From the sequence record PZ386965.1: a stretch of 64,000 nucleotides of DNA; one strand, written 5' to 3'. The notes below the pieces were generated by a model, which was not told where the DNA came from, ran no database searches, and saw only the letters and a list, made by a program, of their open reading frames with translations. Within the stretch, counting starts at the first letter, position 1. Each line of letters opens with the position of its first letter. Source of the DNA: a phage. Shown here one piece after another: positions 1 to 9,475 of this stretch. The position numbers and the translations under genes are program-made.

Positions 1-73
1 TAATTTCAGGGACAACGAGAAGATGTTGTCCGGTTGAATACTCCGCCATTATAAATCTCCGTGTTTAAAGCAA

Positions 74-81
74 TATAAATA
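74..81 (+). promoter_or_regulatory. T4-type late promoter candidate (TATAAATA)
   Basis: Exact TATAAATA 46 nt upstream of the ATG at 127; SD AAGGA at 113-117. Confidence 0.4.
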
Positions 82-126
82 GGTTTATCAATTTATCTGT
101 TGCTGTATCAAATAAGGATTTAGTAA

Positions 127-843
127 ATGAATTATAACTCAATATACGAAAAGCTTATTACCAATGCTAAATCAAGAAGTTTAGATGGTTATACAGAACG
201 TCATCACATTATACCACAATGTTTAGGTGGAAGTGATGATGCTTCAAACTTAGTAGACTTAACACCAGAAGAACATTATTTGGCACATCAACTGTTGGTA
301 AAAATCTATCCAGATAATGCCTCTTTAATATACGCTGCTCGTATGATGACCATATCATCTCCTAAAGCAGATAGAAGCAAAAACAAATTATTTGGATGGC
401 TTCGTCGTAAGAATCAAGAAGTTCAAAAGAACAAAGAATTCACGGCTGAAACCCGTAAGAAAATGTCCGAGTCTGCAAAAAATAAACCAAAGATTACCTG
501 TCCACATTGTGGTTTAACTGGAACTGAAGGAAACATGCGTCGTTGGCATTTTGATAATTGTAAACAAGGTCCAACGCCTAAAATAGTAAAATTATCTGAT
601 GATGAAAAACAGAGGATAAGTTCTAAACTTAAAACAATAGAGTGGAAACTCCACACATGTGTACACTGTGGTCTAGAAGGAAAAGCTTGCAATATAGTTC
701 CTCATGAGAAAAACTGCAAACTTAATCCTAATAGAATAAAACCTAATGTAACAATAGTGGAATGTCCATACTGCTCTAAAAGTGGTTCTATATCAAATAT
801 GAAAAGATGGCATTTCGATAATTGTAAATATAAGCCTCATTAA
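127..843 (+). CDS. HNH homing endonuclease with three C-terminal zinc-finger-like repeats
   Basis: 238 aa; N-terminal ERHHIIPxxxGG..N..EH..AH HNH signature; three CxxC...(R/K)RWHFDNCK-type repeats; ATG with SD; only plus-strand gene in the early region. Confidence 0.75.
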   Translation: MNYNSIYEKLITNAKSRSLDGYTERHHIIPQCLGGSDDASNLVDLTPEEHYLAHQLLVKIYPDNASLIYAARMMTISSPKADRSKNKLFGWLRRKNQEVQKNKEFTAETRKKMSESAKNKPKITCPHCGLTGTEGNMRRWHFDNCKQGPTPKIVKLSDDEKQRISSKLKTIEWKLHTCVHCGLEGKACNIVPHEKNCKLNPNRIKPNVTIVECPYCSKSGSISNMKRWHFDNCKYKPH

Positions 844-2528
844 GAGGCTTTCATCACAGTAAATCGTCCAACTTTGCTCATTTGAAGATGTTGTCCATAA
901 GCTTGTGGGTCATGGTCTCTGTGACTAATTATAAACACGTTTGCATCGGTTAGAGAGTTAAGAATTGTTGAAATAGCTTTAATACCTTCAGAATCAGTCG
1001 CGGAATCCATGACTTCGTCCATAATTAATGTATTGATTCTAACACCAGAGACCTTTTCAGCAATATCTCGCCATGTAAACAACAATGCGATATCGATACG
1101 TGCCTTTTCACCTTGACTAAATGAAGCATAACTGAACTCTTCACGGCCACGTGATTTTATAGATTCATTGAATTCTTCATCAATAGAAAACACGTAATCA
1201 GCTTCCATGATTTTAAGGTAATGGTTAATCTGCTTGTTGAACAGAGGCACATATTTTTTAATGATAGCACCTTTAATACCAGAATCTTTTAACATATCTG
1301 TGATAATACCACGATGGTATTTTTCAAGAACGATATCTGATTTTGTTTTAATGATTTTATCAAGTTCTTTTTGAAGCAAAGCTATCTCATCGGCATGGTC
1401 GATAAATTCCGCCGAGGCTTGTTCTATTGCAGCTTTAACTTTCTTAGCTTTATCAATAGTGGCAATCATTGCTTGTTTCTTGGTACGAATATCAGATGCA
1501 AGGTCCTGTTTAGTCTTAACATTAGCTCTATATTCGTCCACTAGGACACTCAGATTATCTCTGTGACATGTAAGTTGCTCGAATGAGTGATTACATTCAT
1601 GAAGCTTATCGGTAATCTTAGAGACAATAGGATCACCCTGGTGCAACTGTGATGCACAAGTAGGACATGTACCGCCATCATGATACATCTTAATAACTTT
1701 GTTATATGAGTCAATTTTAGATTTAATCAAGAATGCTTCTTGTCCGATCTTGTTGAATGCCTCAGTAGGGTCTTCGTCAAGAACGATATTAAGTAGACGC
1801 TCATTAGCTTCTTCGATTTCTGCTTTTAATGAACGAGCTTCTTTGGCTAGGTCGTCATACATATTCTGTAGACGCGCTACATTATCACCAGATAATTTCT
1901 TTTGACGTTCGATATTCTCGTTATAAATCTTAATTTGTTGGATAACACCATCTTTCTTGGCATCGAGAACTTGTCCCTGGGAATTAAGTTCTCGAACTTG
2001 AGACTTATTGATTTTATCCATTTCAGCAAGTGTGCCGACTTCTAAAAGGTCTTCGACAAGTTTTCTACGAGCAGGGGTGCTAAGAGCCATGAAAGGGGTA
2101 TACCCTGCCGTCCCAAGCACAACGATCTGTTTAAAAGACGCGTATGACATTCCGATGCTACGTTCAAATTCTTCTTGGAAGTCACGACTGCTGGCAGATT
2201 CATCGAGACGAACACCGTCAACGGAGATTTCGAAAATATTGGGCTTTTGGCCACGTTTAATGAAGTATTTTTTATCATCGAATTCCATCCAAAGCTCAAC
2301 TAAGAGCTCTTTCTTGTTCGTGCTATTAATGATTTGTCCTTTCTTAACATCACGAAATGGTTTACCGAAAAGTCCGAAAGTAATGGCTTCTAACATCGTA
2401 GATTTACCACCGCCATTTTTACCAGTGATTAATGTTTTTTGGACTTTATCTAATTGGATATCAATAGGATTCCCACCTACCGACATGATGTTTTGATAAC
2501 GAACACGATTTAATTTAAATGATTTCAT
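840..2528 (-). CDS. 46: recombination endonuclease subunit gp46 (Rad50/SbcC-like ATPase)
   Basis: 562 aa; Walker A GKNGGGKST; length and sequence match recalled T4 gp46; stop codon overlaps the convergent HNH stop. Confidence 0.93.
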   Translation of the reverse strand: MKSFKLNRVRYQNIMSVGGNPIDIQLDKVQKTLITGKNGGGKSTMLEAITFGLFGKPFRDVKKGQIINSTNKKELLVELWMEFDDKKYFIKRGQKPNIFEISVDGVRLDESASSRDFQEEFERSIGMSYASFKQIVVLGTAGYTPFMALSTPARRKLVEDLLEVGTLAEMDKINKSQVRELNSQGQVLDAKKDGVIQQIKIYNENIERQKKLSGDNVARLQNMYDDLAKEARSLKAEIEEANERLLNIVLDEDPTEAFNKIGQEAFLIKSKIDSYNKVIKMYHDGGTCPTCASQLHQGDPIVSKITDKLHECNHSFEQLTCHRDNLSVLVDEYRANVKTKQDLASDIRTKKQAMIATIDKAKKVKAAIEQASAEFIDHADEIALLQKELDKIIKTKSDIVLEKYHRGIITDMLKDSGIKGAIIKKYVPLFNKQINHYLKIMEADYVFSIDEEFNESIKSRGREEFSYASFSQGEKARIDIALLFTWRDIAEKVSGVRINTLIMDEVMDSATDSEGIKAISTILNSLTDANVFIISHRDHDPQAYGQHLQMSKVGRFTVMKAS

Positions 2529-2764
2529 ATGTATTCTCTTCGAATGAAGTCCTCTACATATTTTAACATGTCATCTCTATCAGCAAAATACTCATCTAGT
2601 TCTGCATACATAACAACACCTGGTGCGTACTCACAGGTAACATACATTGTTCCAAAGAAACGAGGAGTTGTCTCCTCGTAATTCTCAGTCCATTCAACGA
2701 TACCAATATAACCGTCACCAATACTAAATTCGTGACGATGGATTTCATAGTCAGTCTTCGTCAT
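2525..2764 (-). CDS. hypothetical protein (46.1-like position)
   Basis: ORF trimmed to in-frame ATG (MTKTDYEIH) with GAGGA SD 8 nt upstream; overlaps upstream gene by 13 nt. Confidence 0.4.
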   Translation of the reverse strand: MTKTDYEIHRHEFSIGDGYIGIVEWTENYEETTPRFFGTMYVTCEYAPGVVMYAELDEYFADRDDMLKYVEDFIRREYI

Positions 2765-3008
2765 TATACGCATCCTCGATACACGCTTCAGCCATTTTAA
2801 GAATAGAGCCAGGAGTATCATTGTCCATTATATTAAAGCTAAATTCAATAGCCCAGTCGGTACAGACATGAACGGCTTTAACTTCATTGCCTTCAACGCG
2901 TAATGGCTCAATCCAATACTTGATAGTGTTCTCGAATCCATCATCATCTTTAACGTCTATTTCAACTTCAAGCCCGAGCCCAGCATTATTAAATTCATCT
3001 AAAGTCAT
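2751..3008 (-). CDS. hypothetical acidic protein (46.2-like position)
   Basis: 85-aa ORF with ATG start, tightly packed between 47 and 46. Confidence 0.45.
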   Translation of the reverse strand: MTLDEFNNAGLGLEVEIDVKDDDGFENTIKYWIEPLRVEGNEVKAVHVCTDWAIEFSFNIMDNDTPGSILKMAEACIEDAYNDED

Positions 3009-4024
3009 TGTGTTGCCTCAATATAAAGTTCGTTGGAATATTTGACCAGCGCTTCTCTGTCTTCGTCTGAGATATCTGGAATAGCGTCAATATATTCTTT
3101 AATGATATCTTGAAGTGATTTAATCTCGATTTCCTGGTCATCATCAGATTCAACACTGTTATCAACTTTAGAAACCATACGAAGAGAGTGAACTACTTTT
3201 TCAAGTTCAGATTCAAACTTAGTCAACTCTGAATCAATTTCTGATACTATAACACGTACGGCTAGATTAGTATAATCAGAATAATTGATTTTGCCTTTAA
3301 ATGGATAAGTGATTCGTCGATGCCATGTTGTTTCATTAGGAATAAATTCCATACGTTCAACATCAGTGTCAAATACCCAGAATCCACGTGGGTCGTTCTC
3401 GTCACCTGCAGTAAGGGTCCATGGTGTCCCAATATATTTGACGTTAGCAGCTTCAGAGATTGTGTGGAAGTGGCCGGACCAGACTTGTTTATAGGTCTTT
3501 AAGAAATCAGGTTCAAGCCCATGGGACTTCATTCCTTTATAGAAATAAAAGCCGTTCAGTTCCCAGTGACCAACACAATACGCAGCAGAAGAAGTCTTGA
3601 TGTGCTCTAAGATTTCACCTGTATTTTCTTCACACATCCATGGAACGATATCAATCAGACATCCGTCAAAATCTACAGTAGTTGGATGCTCGTAAATAGT
3701 AAAGTTTTCAAATTGAGTTAACAATTCAGAAACAGTGTTAGGTGTTATTGTATTCTTAAACGCCATGTCATGGTTTCCTATCGTGACATGAACGTGAATG
3801 CCTGCTTTAGAAATCATATCAACGATTTCACGATTGAATTCCATTGTACGATGTGTTATTGCTTTACGGACGTCAAACCAATCACCGTACTGAATCCAAG
3901 TTTTAATCCCGTGTTTCTTAGAGTATTCAATTGCTTGTCGAATACCATCACGTTGAATATCTTGAACCCATGGGTCGTCTTGTTTGACTCCGATATGGAA
4001 GTCGCCTAAGTGCAAAATTTTCAT
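3005..4024 (-). CDS. 47: recombination nuclease subunit gp47 (Mre11/SbcD-like phosphoesterase)
   Basis: 339 aa; GDxHxG and GNHD phosphoesterase motifs; matches recalled T4 gp47; GAGGA SD. Confidence 0.93.
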   Translation of the reverse strand: MKILHLGDFHIGVKQDDPWVQDIQRDGIRQAIEYSKKHGIKTWIQYGDWFDVRKAITHRTMEFNREIVDMISKAGIHVHVTIGNHDMAFKNTITPNTVSELLTQFENFTIYEHPTTVDFDGCLIDIVPWMCEENTGEILEHIKTSSAAYCVGHWELNGFYFYKGMKSHGLEPDFLKTYKQVWSGHFHTISEAANVKYIGTPWTLTAGDENDPRGFWVFDTDVERMEFIPNETTWHRRITYPFKGKINYSDYTNLAVRVIVSEIDSELTKFESELEKVVHSLRMVSKVDNSVESDDDQEIEIKSLQDIIKEYIDAIPDISDEDREALVKYSNELYIEATQ

Positions 4025-4070
4025 ATTATTTCCTCATTAGTTAATTCATTCTATCATCCGTTTATAAAGC

Positions 4071-4094
4071 AAAAAAGGAACTCCGAAGAGTTCC
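4071..4094 (-). terminator. intrinsic terminator (GGAACTC-loop-GAGTTCC stem followed by T6 on minus strand)
   Basis: 7-bp GC-containing stem 4077-4094 with U-tract from 4071-4076 on the minus strand, directly after a small ORF. Confidence 0.5.
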
Positions 4095-4267
4095 TATCCA
4101 CATAGTACACCATACAGAGGCTCATTTGAACTTTTAAATCGAATTGGCTTGTATGTAATAGTTCCTTCGGCTTTAGCTTTATCATAAGACTCTTTAAAAC
4201 GTCTCATTCTTTCTGCTTTGCCTTTACGGATTTTATCAAAATTTTCAGAAGTCGGGATGTTCGTCAT
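4094..4267 (-). CDS. small basic protein, 57 aa (below ORF-track cutoff)
   Basis: ATG with GAGGTG SD; MTNIPTSENFDKIRKGKAERMRRFKESYDKAKAEG...; stop abuts terminator. Confidence 0.3.
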   Translation of the reverse strand: MTNIPTSENFDKIRKGKAERMRRFKESYDKAKAEGTITYKPIRFKSSNEPLYGVLCG

Positions 4268-4487
4268 GCATAAGCACCTCTCAGAAAATGCCTAAATCGA
4301 TTTCTCTCATCGTTTCCACCATTTCTTAACTTGAAATGAATCAACCCACACGAGTTGTTTTGGGTCTGCCTTTACAATAGGCGGACAAATTTCTGTAATA
4401 GAACCGTCGTGATATTCCTTTTCGGAAATTTTAACACAAAGAGGACCACCCAATTTAATGGTGAACCCTGCGTTCAGCTTCAGACGT

Positions 4488-4811
4488 TTAAACTTTGTTT
4501 GAACTAGCGCCATTAATGATGTCCTCAATAGCTTGACGAGTAGTAACCCACTGGATTTTAATTAACTTGTCATTATATGGTTGTCGTAGAATATCCCGAG
4601 ATTTCTTAATAGCATATTCGTAAGCTTCGAAGTTGTTTTGAATTGCTGCTTCTTGAGCATGAGCATAAAGACGGTTTAGTTCAAAACGGTTCTTTTTAAG
4701 AATCTTTTCGGATTTTTTACGTGCTTCAGCTTCATTTTTCTTTTGGATTTCTTGTAGCATTTTAGCTACTGCATCTTCTGCTTCTTTATTTTCAATAATC
4801 TCGGTAGTCAT
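4488..4811 (-). CDS. hypothetical protein
   Basis: 107-aa ORF, Lys/Glu-rich helical composition; occupies the position where T4 has a-gt region genes. Confidence 0.4.
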   Translation of the reverse strand: MTTEIIENKEAEDAVAKMLQEIQKKNEAEARKKSEKILKKNRFELNRLYAHAQEAAIQNNFEAYEYAIKKSRDILRQPYNDKLIKIQWVTTRQAIEDIINGASSNKV

Positions 4812-4812
4812 A

Positions 4813-5028
4813 TTATCTCATTAAATTAAAATAAAAACGTCCGTCCTCTTCAATACAGAACTCGTACTCAACTGGAGTCCCATTTATCGAAAATGACACG
4901 TCATGCGGGTTCAAAGGGTCGATGTCAAAATTAATTTTAAATTCTCGACCCAACAGTTTTACCAAATAAGGGATTGCTTCGTCAAAAGGTTCTTCTAAGT
5001 AGTTAGAGATGTCAATTGTCATCCTCAT
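4813..5028 (-). CDS. hypothetical protein
   Basis: ORF trimmed to internal ATG to limit overlap with gp55; start uncertain. Confidence 0.3.
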   Translation of the reverse strand: MRMTIDISNYLEEPFDEAIPYLVKLLGREFKINFDIDPLNPHDVSFSINGTPVEYEFCIEEDGRFYFNLMR

Positions 5029-5569
5029 ATAAAAAATCCAAACTAGGCGAATCGCTAACAACTTCCTTCTTTTCAGCCCCAGGAGCTTTATAAGCGGATT
5101 CTTCATAATGCGTCATTTTATCGTAGATGTCTTGAATAAACGTTTCATCTACCAACGCTACCATATCATCGTCATGACTGTCGTAGACATTATGAACGAA
5201 GTAACTATATTTCTTTGCAACTTCCTTACGTTCTTTTTTGATACGTTGGACAAAAGCATTAAAACAAGCTCGAGTTATGTATGCATGTGGGTTATTGTAC
5301 TTAGTTTCGTCGAAATTATGAAGTCCCTTAATAGAGGCTTCAATCCCATCTGCAATCATCTCCTGCTTCCAAGACTGGGTATATCCTGAAAAGTTGAAAC
5401 GTTTGGACAGGCCTTCGGCGATAAGCATAATTGCTAAACCGATGGTATCATTCTGACGAATAATTTTGTTTGGGTCTTTATTATTTAAGAGCTCCTTTTT
5501 CCACTCGATTATAGCGGCGAGAAGCTCTTTATTATTCACATAGTTATTTTTAGGTTTTTGTTCAGTCAT
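5012..5569 (-). CDS. 55: late-transcription sigma factor gp55
   Basis: 185 aa from ATG ([17 protein letters not shown]) with AGAGG SD; matches recalled T4 gp55; ORF-track start is a TTG extension. Confidence 0.9.
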   Translation of the reverse strand: MTEQKPKNNYVNNKELLAAIIEWKKELLNNKDPNKIIRQNDTIGLAIMLIAEGLSKRFNFSGYTQSWKQEMIADGIEASIKGLHNFDETKYNNPHAYITRACFNAFVQRIKKERKEVAKKYSYFVHNVYDSHDDDMVALVDETFIQDIYDKMTHYEESAYKAPGAEKKEVVSDSPSLDFLYEDDN

Positions 5570-5641
5570 AAGTACCTCTTGGCTCAATTCATAGGTCTAT
5601 TATATCATAATATTTAGAGGCCTATCTTAAAGCACGAGATA

Positions 5642-5911
5642 CTATCGGAGCAAACAATACGCCTGGAATACTTTTTCCATTAAACGTTTGAACTCATGTA
5701 TATCAATATAAAGCTCGGTTAATCCAGCTCCATAAAGAAAATCTAAAAAGTTCTCATGTGTTTCGTTATAGTCGCCTTCGTTTAATTGAGATACATGAGT
5801 TTCCCAAAAACCGACACCTTTAACAAATGGAAAATACGTAACTTTCATAAAGTTGTCGACGTAAAATTCGCCCAGCTTTTCTTCAGTTATACTGATTCGA
5901 GTTAATTTCAT
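5642..5911 (-). CDS. hypothetical protein
   Basis: 89-aa ORF in 55.x region. Confidence 0.4.
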   Translation of the reverse strand: MKLTRISITEEKLGEFYVDNFMKVTYFPFVKGVGFWETHVSQLNEGDYNETHENFLDFLYGAGLTELYIDIHEFKRLMEKVFQAYCLLR

Positions 5912-6135
5912 TCTAGTTCCTTTGCCGCTTCAAGAGCAGCATCCAATGAATCAAATTGGTCAACGAAATCAATATTCAACGCATCGTCAACCGTAGCATA
6001 TAACCACCATTGTTTGAATTCGTATTCTAGAATAAATCCAAGCCCTTCAATCTGAGAAAGACCTAGACTATTTGTACCAACTTCGTAACCAGCTAGACGC
6101 AGGTCATTAATCAAAGCTTCTGTTAATACGCTCAT
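5908..6135 (-). CDS. hypothetical acidic protein
   Basis: 75-aa ORF, start overlaps upstream stop. Confidence 0.4.
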   Translation of the reverse strand: MSVLTEALINDLRLAGYEVGTNSLGLSQIEGLGFILEYEFKQWWLYATVDDALNIDFVDQFDSLDAALEAAKELE

Positions 6136-6464
6136 TTTACCGCCTTAACAATTTTCAGGTCAACGAATTTTTTCTTACGTTGATTTTTCATACGACGGAT
6201 AGTCTTTTCAGAGATTTCATGTTTCTGATAAGCTTTAGATTCAACACCAAATGCAGCAACGTCAAATTCAGAAAGAATATATTGTACTAGAATTTCACGA
6301 ATAGAATTACGTCCAATTTTCTGGTCGTGTTTTTGCATGATTTCATAAAGACGGAATTCCCAGGCGTCAAGAACTTGAGGAGTAACAATATTGCCAGATT
6401 CCAGAAGAGCAACAACTTTATCGAAAGCGAAAGAATTAACTACGTTTTTGATTTTAGTAGACAT
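6132..6464 (-). CDS. hypothetical protein
   Basis: Trimmed to ATG (MSTKIKNVV) with GAGGA SD; ORF-track N-terminus overlaps the promoter -10. Confidence 0.45.
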   Translation of the reverse strand: MSTKIKNVVNSFAFDKVVALLESGNIVTPQVLDAWEFRLYEIMQKHDQKIGRNSIREILVQYILSEFDVAAFGVESKAYQKHEISEKTIRRMKNQRKKKFVDLKIVKAVK

Positions 6465-6501
6465 ATTATTTTCCTCGGTTATTTTATTATCCAACGAGAG
6501 A

Positions 6502-6530
6502 ATTATACTCATCTCTCAAGAGTTTGTATA
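6502..6530 (-). promoter_or_regulatory. sigma70-type early promoter with hairpin around -10
   Basis: Minus strand TATACA-N17-TATAAT; GAGAG/CTCTC inverted repeat brackets the -10; near-copy at 36992-37020. Confidence 0.45.
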
Positions 6531-6770
6531 TTATTTTTTAAGCATGAAAAGTAAGTAATTTGTATCACGTGGAGTAATATCAACACCCATATCAAAGATG
6601 CCTTTATAGATTGGGTATTTGTTTTCGGTTGTATCGAAGCTGAAACTATTTCCATCACAACTAACAGTAATAGCATCTGTTAAAATGTCATACTCAATCC
6701 TAACAATTGAATCCCCAATTTTAACGTCGAGGTGTTTTTTGAATTTGATAAAATCTAATTCTTGGGCCAT
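6531..6770 (-). CDS. hypothetical protein
   Basis: 79-aa ORF. Confidence 0.4.
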   Translation of the reverse strand: MAQELDFIKFKKHLDVKIGDSIVRIEYDILTDAITVSCDGNSFSFDTTENKYPIYKGIFDMGVDITPRDTNYLLFMLKK

Positions 6771-6833
6771 GATATTTTCCTCATTTTAAGACGATAGGAA
6801 GATAATAACATGTCTTCCTATCGTTGTACATTA

Positions 6834-7046
6834 TTAACCGAACTTTTTAGCGCCTTTCCAGCCTTCGTACATAACTGCACAAGTCAATAGTACAGCATGT
6901 TGGCATTCTTTGTATTTGTAAATCCAGAACCAGCGTAAGAAGTCTTCATCCTCAACACCATTGAGTTTCATGTTGGCAAAGAATTCGGCACGTTCTTCAC
7001 GAAGCTTTTGCGATAACATAGATTCAGGATTCATTTTATATTCCAT
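6834..7046 (-). CDS. hypothetical protein
   Basis: 70-aa ORF. Confidence 0.4.
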   Translation of the reverse strand: MEYKMNPESMLSQKLREERAEFFANMKLNGVEDEDFLRWFWIYKYKECQHAVLLTCAVMYEGWKGAKKFG

Positions 7047-7165
7047 GCCCCATTTTCATCGATGAACTTAATCCAGTCATTTACAGACCATTTAGTTGTA
7101 TCACCCTTTGGATTAACATTTAAAGTATATAATCCCTGCTTAAAAAGCATTCGTTTGATATTCAT
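7031..7165 (-). CDS. small hypothetical protein (44 aa)
   Basis: Internal ATG with GAGG SD; longer ORF-track version overlaps neighbour. Confidence 0.25.
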   Translation of the reverse strand: MNIKRMLFKQGLYTLNVNPKGDTTKWSVNDWIKFIDENGAWNIK

Positions 7166-7172
7166 AATTTCC

Positions 7173-7466
7173 TCAACTGTAACGATAACATTCGTTAGCT
7201 TTACGTTTGGCTTCAGTATGAGAAGTATTATAATCATACTCTTCTTTACTGTAAACATCTTTTTTCAACTTACGAACTTCTTTGCGGAGTTGTCGATTCA
7301 TTTCATTCTTGACTTCAGAATCAACACCTTTCATACGTTTCCATTTATCTGAGCGGAAGATGTTTTCAACCATGTCTTTGTGGCTAACACCATCAGGAGC
7401 TTTACGCTTACCAAAATAGTCGTAATCGCGAACTTTCAAATCTTTACGACGATATGTTTTACCCAT
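7173..7466 (-). CDS. hypothetical basic protein
   Basis: Trimmed to ATG (MGKTYRRKDLK) with GAGG SD; Lys/Arg-rich. Confidence 0.4.
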   Translation of the reverse strand: MGKTYRRKDLKVRDYDYFGKRKAPDGVSHKDMVENIFRSDKWKRMKGVDSEVKNEMNRQLRKEVRKLKKDVYSKEEYDYNTSHTEAKRKANECYRYS

Positions 7467-7473
7467 AAGTACC

Positions 7474-7722
7474 TCAGAGGTTGATTGATACAATGCGTTT
7501 GATAAAATTCACTTCACTTACTGAAAGGTCTTTAAGACCGATTGATTCTAAACGCTGAGTAAGCGTCAACATCGGGATATAATCCCAATGAGTTTTATTT
7601 GCTTGATAAGTACGAACGCCATTAGCAATTTCAACATGCAAATCTGAAATGGTAACGAATACCAGACGCTCATCATTAACTTTAAGGGTTAGAACAACTT
7701 TCTTTGAATCTAAACTAATCAT
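7474..7722 (-). CDS. hypothetical protein
   Basis: 82-aa ORF. Confidence 0.4.
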   Translation of the reverse strand: MISLDSKKVVLTLKVNDERLVFVTISDLHVEIANGVRTYQANKTHWDYIPMLTLTQRLESIGLKDLSVSEVNFIKRIVSINL

Positions 7723-7901
7723 AGTTTAATTTCCTTCGCGATTGAACAGAAGATACCACGGTCACAAAGCAGTTCACCAATTTCTGGATATTTGATTGAA
7801 CGGTACCAAACATCCAGGCTTGAAATTCTGGTTATCTGTATTGCATTACCGTTGACAGAATAGTACTGGTCAACCTTAATTTCTTTATCTTCAATTGACA
7901 T
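7719..7901 (-). CDS. hypothetical protein
   Basis: Trimmed to ATG (MSIEDKEIK) with GAGGA SD. Confidence 0.4.
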   Translation of the reverse strand: MSIEDKEIKVDQYYSVNGNAIQITRISSLDVWYRSIKYPEIGELLCDRGIFCSIAKEIKL

Positions 7902-8068
7902 TTTGTTTTCCTCTGTGGTAGATGATGCTAATCTTAACATATCTATCGAGGATGTAAACTGTTTTATGAAAATATTTTTGATTTGAGAGGGGCACAAGGA
8001 GATAGTGAAGTGAAGATTCTAATGGATTATATTAGAAATAAGGATAAAGAAGACCAGGCGGCACCTGG

Positions 8069-8392
8069 TCAATCTTCTATGATATCAGAGTCGTATCCTA
8101 ATGAAATCAAGGACTTTTTAAACTCTGCAATATTCTTTTGTTTCTTATCATTTAAAAATATGACAGGATAACGAATATTAAGTGAAGTGAATCCTGCACG
8201 TTTAGCAAGAGATACGATTAAAGGACGATCATATTCAATCTTACCATTATTAGTGAGGACTTTATAAAATGTATAAGGAGCATTGAGCTCCTTTAAAAGT
8301 TTTGTAACGGTATAACATCCTGGACAACGTCCAACTTCTTCAGGGATGCCATAGACTTCAATCTTATTCTTTAAGTTCGAGTTTTGTTCCAC
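8069..8392 (-). CDS. thioredoxin-fold redoxin (NrdH/glutaredoxin-like, CPGC motif)
   Basis: KIEVYGIPEEVGRCPGCYTV redox-active CxxC after beta1; no in-frame ATG near the domain, so GTG start at 8392 is tentative. Confidence 0.5.
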   Translation of the reverse strand: MEQNSNLKNKIEVYGIPEEVGRCPGCYTVTKLLKELNAPYTFYKVLTNNGKIEYDRPLIVSLAKRAGFTSLNIRYPVIFLNDKKQKNIAEFKKSLISLGYDSDIIED

Positions 8393-8675
8393 GAGAAATA
8401 ATTCCTTGGTAAGCCCAATAAGGAGGATTAACAGAATCATCACCAGAATTTTCTTCAGGGAAATAAACCTGGATAACGAAGCCGGATTCATCAAAGGTGA
8501 AATAAGTAGTAGGCAGTTCACCTAACAAATCGGCACGAGCGTTGATTTCTTCGAGGTCTTGTTCACGTCCAGCCCAGAAGCTTGGGTTCAGACTACATTC
8601 ATAGAAATAATAGTCATTACCGAACATATCAAACCCCTTCCAACTCTCTACCACGTACTGCTCAAAACTAATCAT
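8364..8675 (-). CDS. hypothetical protein
   Basis: 103-aa ORF. Confidence 0.4.
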   Translation of the reverse strand: MISFEQYVVESWKGFDMFGNDYYFYECSLNPSFWAGREQDLEEINARADLLGELPTTYFTFDESGFVIQVYFPEENSGDDSVNPPYWAYQGIISRGTKLELKE

Positions 8676-8677
8676 AA

Positions 8678-8893
8678 TTAAGCCTTTTTATCAAGAACAG
8701 AATTCAGTTTGTTAGTAATTTTGTCCAGACGCTCATTGAACTCACTAGAAGATAAGCCCTTTTCTGGAGAAATTAAACTAATCACGAAAAATACACCAGT
8801 AAAAGGAATAAGAAAAATAGCTCCAACTGCCATAAACAAAAAGAACGTTACAGTTGTAAGAAAATCAGCTAAACCTTTACGAAATTTATACAT
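8678..8893 (-). CDS. small membrane protein
   Basis: 71 aa with one long hydrophobic segment. Confidence 0.4.
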   Translation of the reverse strand: MYKFRKGLADFLTTVTFFLFMAVGAIFLIPFTGVFFVISLISPEKGLSSSEFNERLDKITNKLNSVLDKKA

Positions 8894-9004
8894 ATTTACC
8901 CTTAATTAATTAACCAAGCGTTGATAAGCAAACAATATTGCGAATAAAATTCTGGACCAAAATGAAAAATCATATCATTTATAGTGTCCATAATGTAATT
9001 CAAT

Positions 9005-9475
9005 TTAATCATGTTTCCACACCCCATCGGTATTTGACCAAAGTCGCTGATTATCTGATCCTCGCCACAACTTTTTGGTCGGAAGATTTTTCTCATACTT
9101 ACCATCAATAATAACATCAACATATTTAAGCATTTCTAGTTGTTTAATATCTTCAAACTTATATCCTGTCCACAACCAAATGCTTTTACTGGGATAAAGA
9201 TTTTTAATAGTTTGAACCACAGAGTGAATCACATCTCTGTTATCAGGATAGAGAGGGTCACCTCCGGTTATAGTCAATCCTTCTATATAATCATTATTCA
9301 AACATTCAATTAATTGTTCTAGTGTCTCTCCGGTGAATGGAGCACCATTTCTAGCGTTCCATGTTGATTTATTATAACACCCTTCGCATTTATGCAAACA
9401 ACCTGTAACGAAAAGAACGACCCTGCAACCAGGGCCATTAACAAAATCGCAAGGATAAAATCTATCATAATTCAT
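9005..9475 (-). CDS. nrdG: anaerobic ribonucleotide reductase activating protein NrdG
   Basis: 156 aa; CxxxCxxC radical-SAM cluster motif (CLHKCEGC); matches recalled T4 NrdG. Confidence 0.9.
   Translation of the reverse strand: MNYDRFYPCDFVNGPGCRVVLFVTGCLHKCEGCYNKSTWNARNGAPFTGETLEQLIECLNNDYIEGLTITGGDPLYPDNRDVIHSVVQTIKNLYPSKSIWLWTGYKFEDIKQLEMLKYVDVIIDGKYEKNLPTKKLWRGSDNQRLWSNTDGVWKHD

Noticed and set aside
10-31. Hairpin GGACAAC-N8-GTTGTCC at the window start as a terminator
   Set aside because: No U-tract on either strand and the element is at the window edge with unknown context
2008-2496. Plus-strand ORFs embedded in minus-strand genes (for example 2008..2496, 34417..34959, 36307..36825, 36692..37153, 38488..38850, 51262..51516)
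   Set aside because: They lie antisense or out of frame within well-supported genes, lack SD sequences, and have low-complexity translations; treated as shadow ORFs
5570-5587. N-terminal extensions in the ORF track (gp55, gp4, gp6, gp11, e, denV, nrdC and many small ORFs)
   Set aside because: The track begins at the first in-frame start-like codon, often TTG/GTG; internal ATG codons with proper SD spacing reproduce the known T4 protein N-termini, so the extensions were trimmed
5599-5634. MotA-box middle promoter upstream of gene 55 (TGCTTTA at 5628-5634 with TGATATAAT -10 at 5599-5607)
   Set aside because: Spacing between the box and the -10 is about 23 nt, longer than expected for T4 middle promoters; left unannotated
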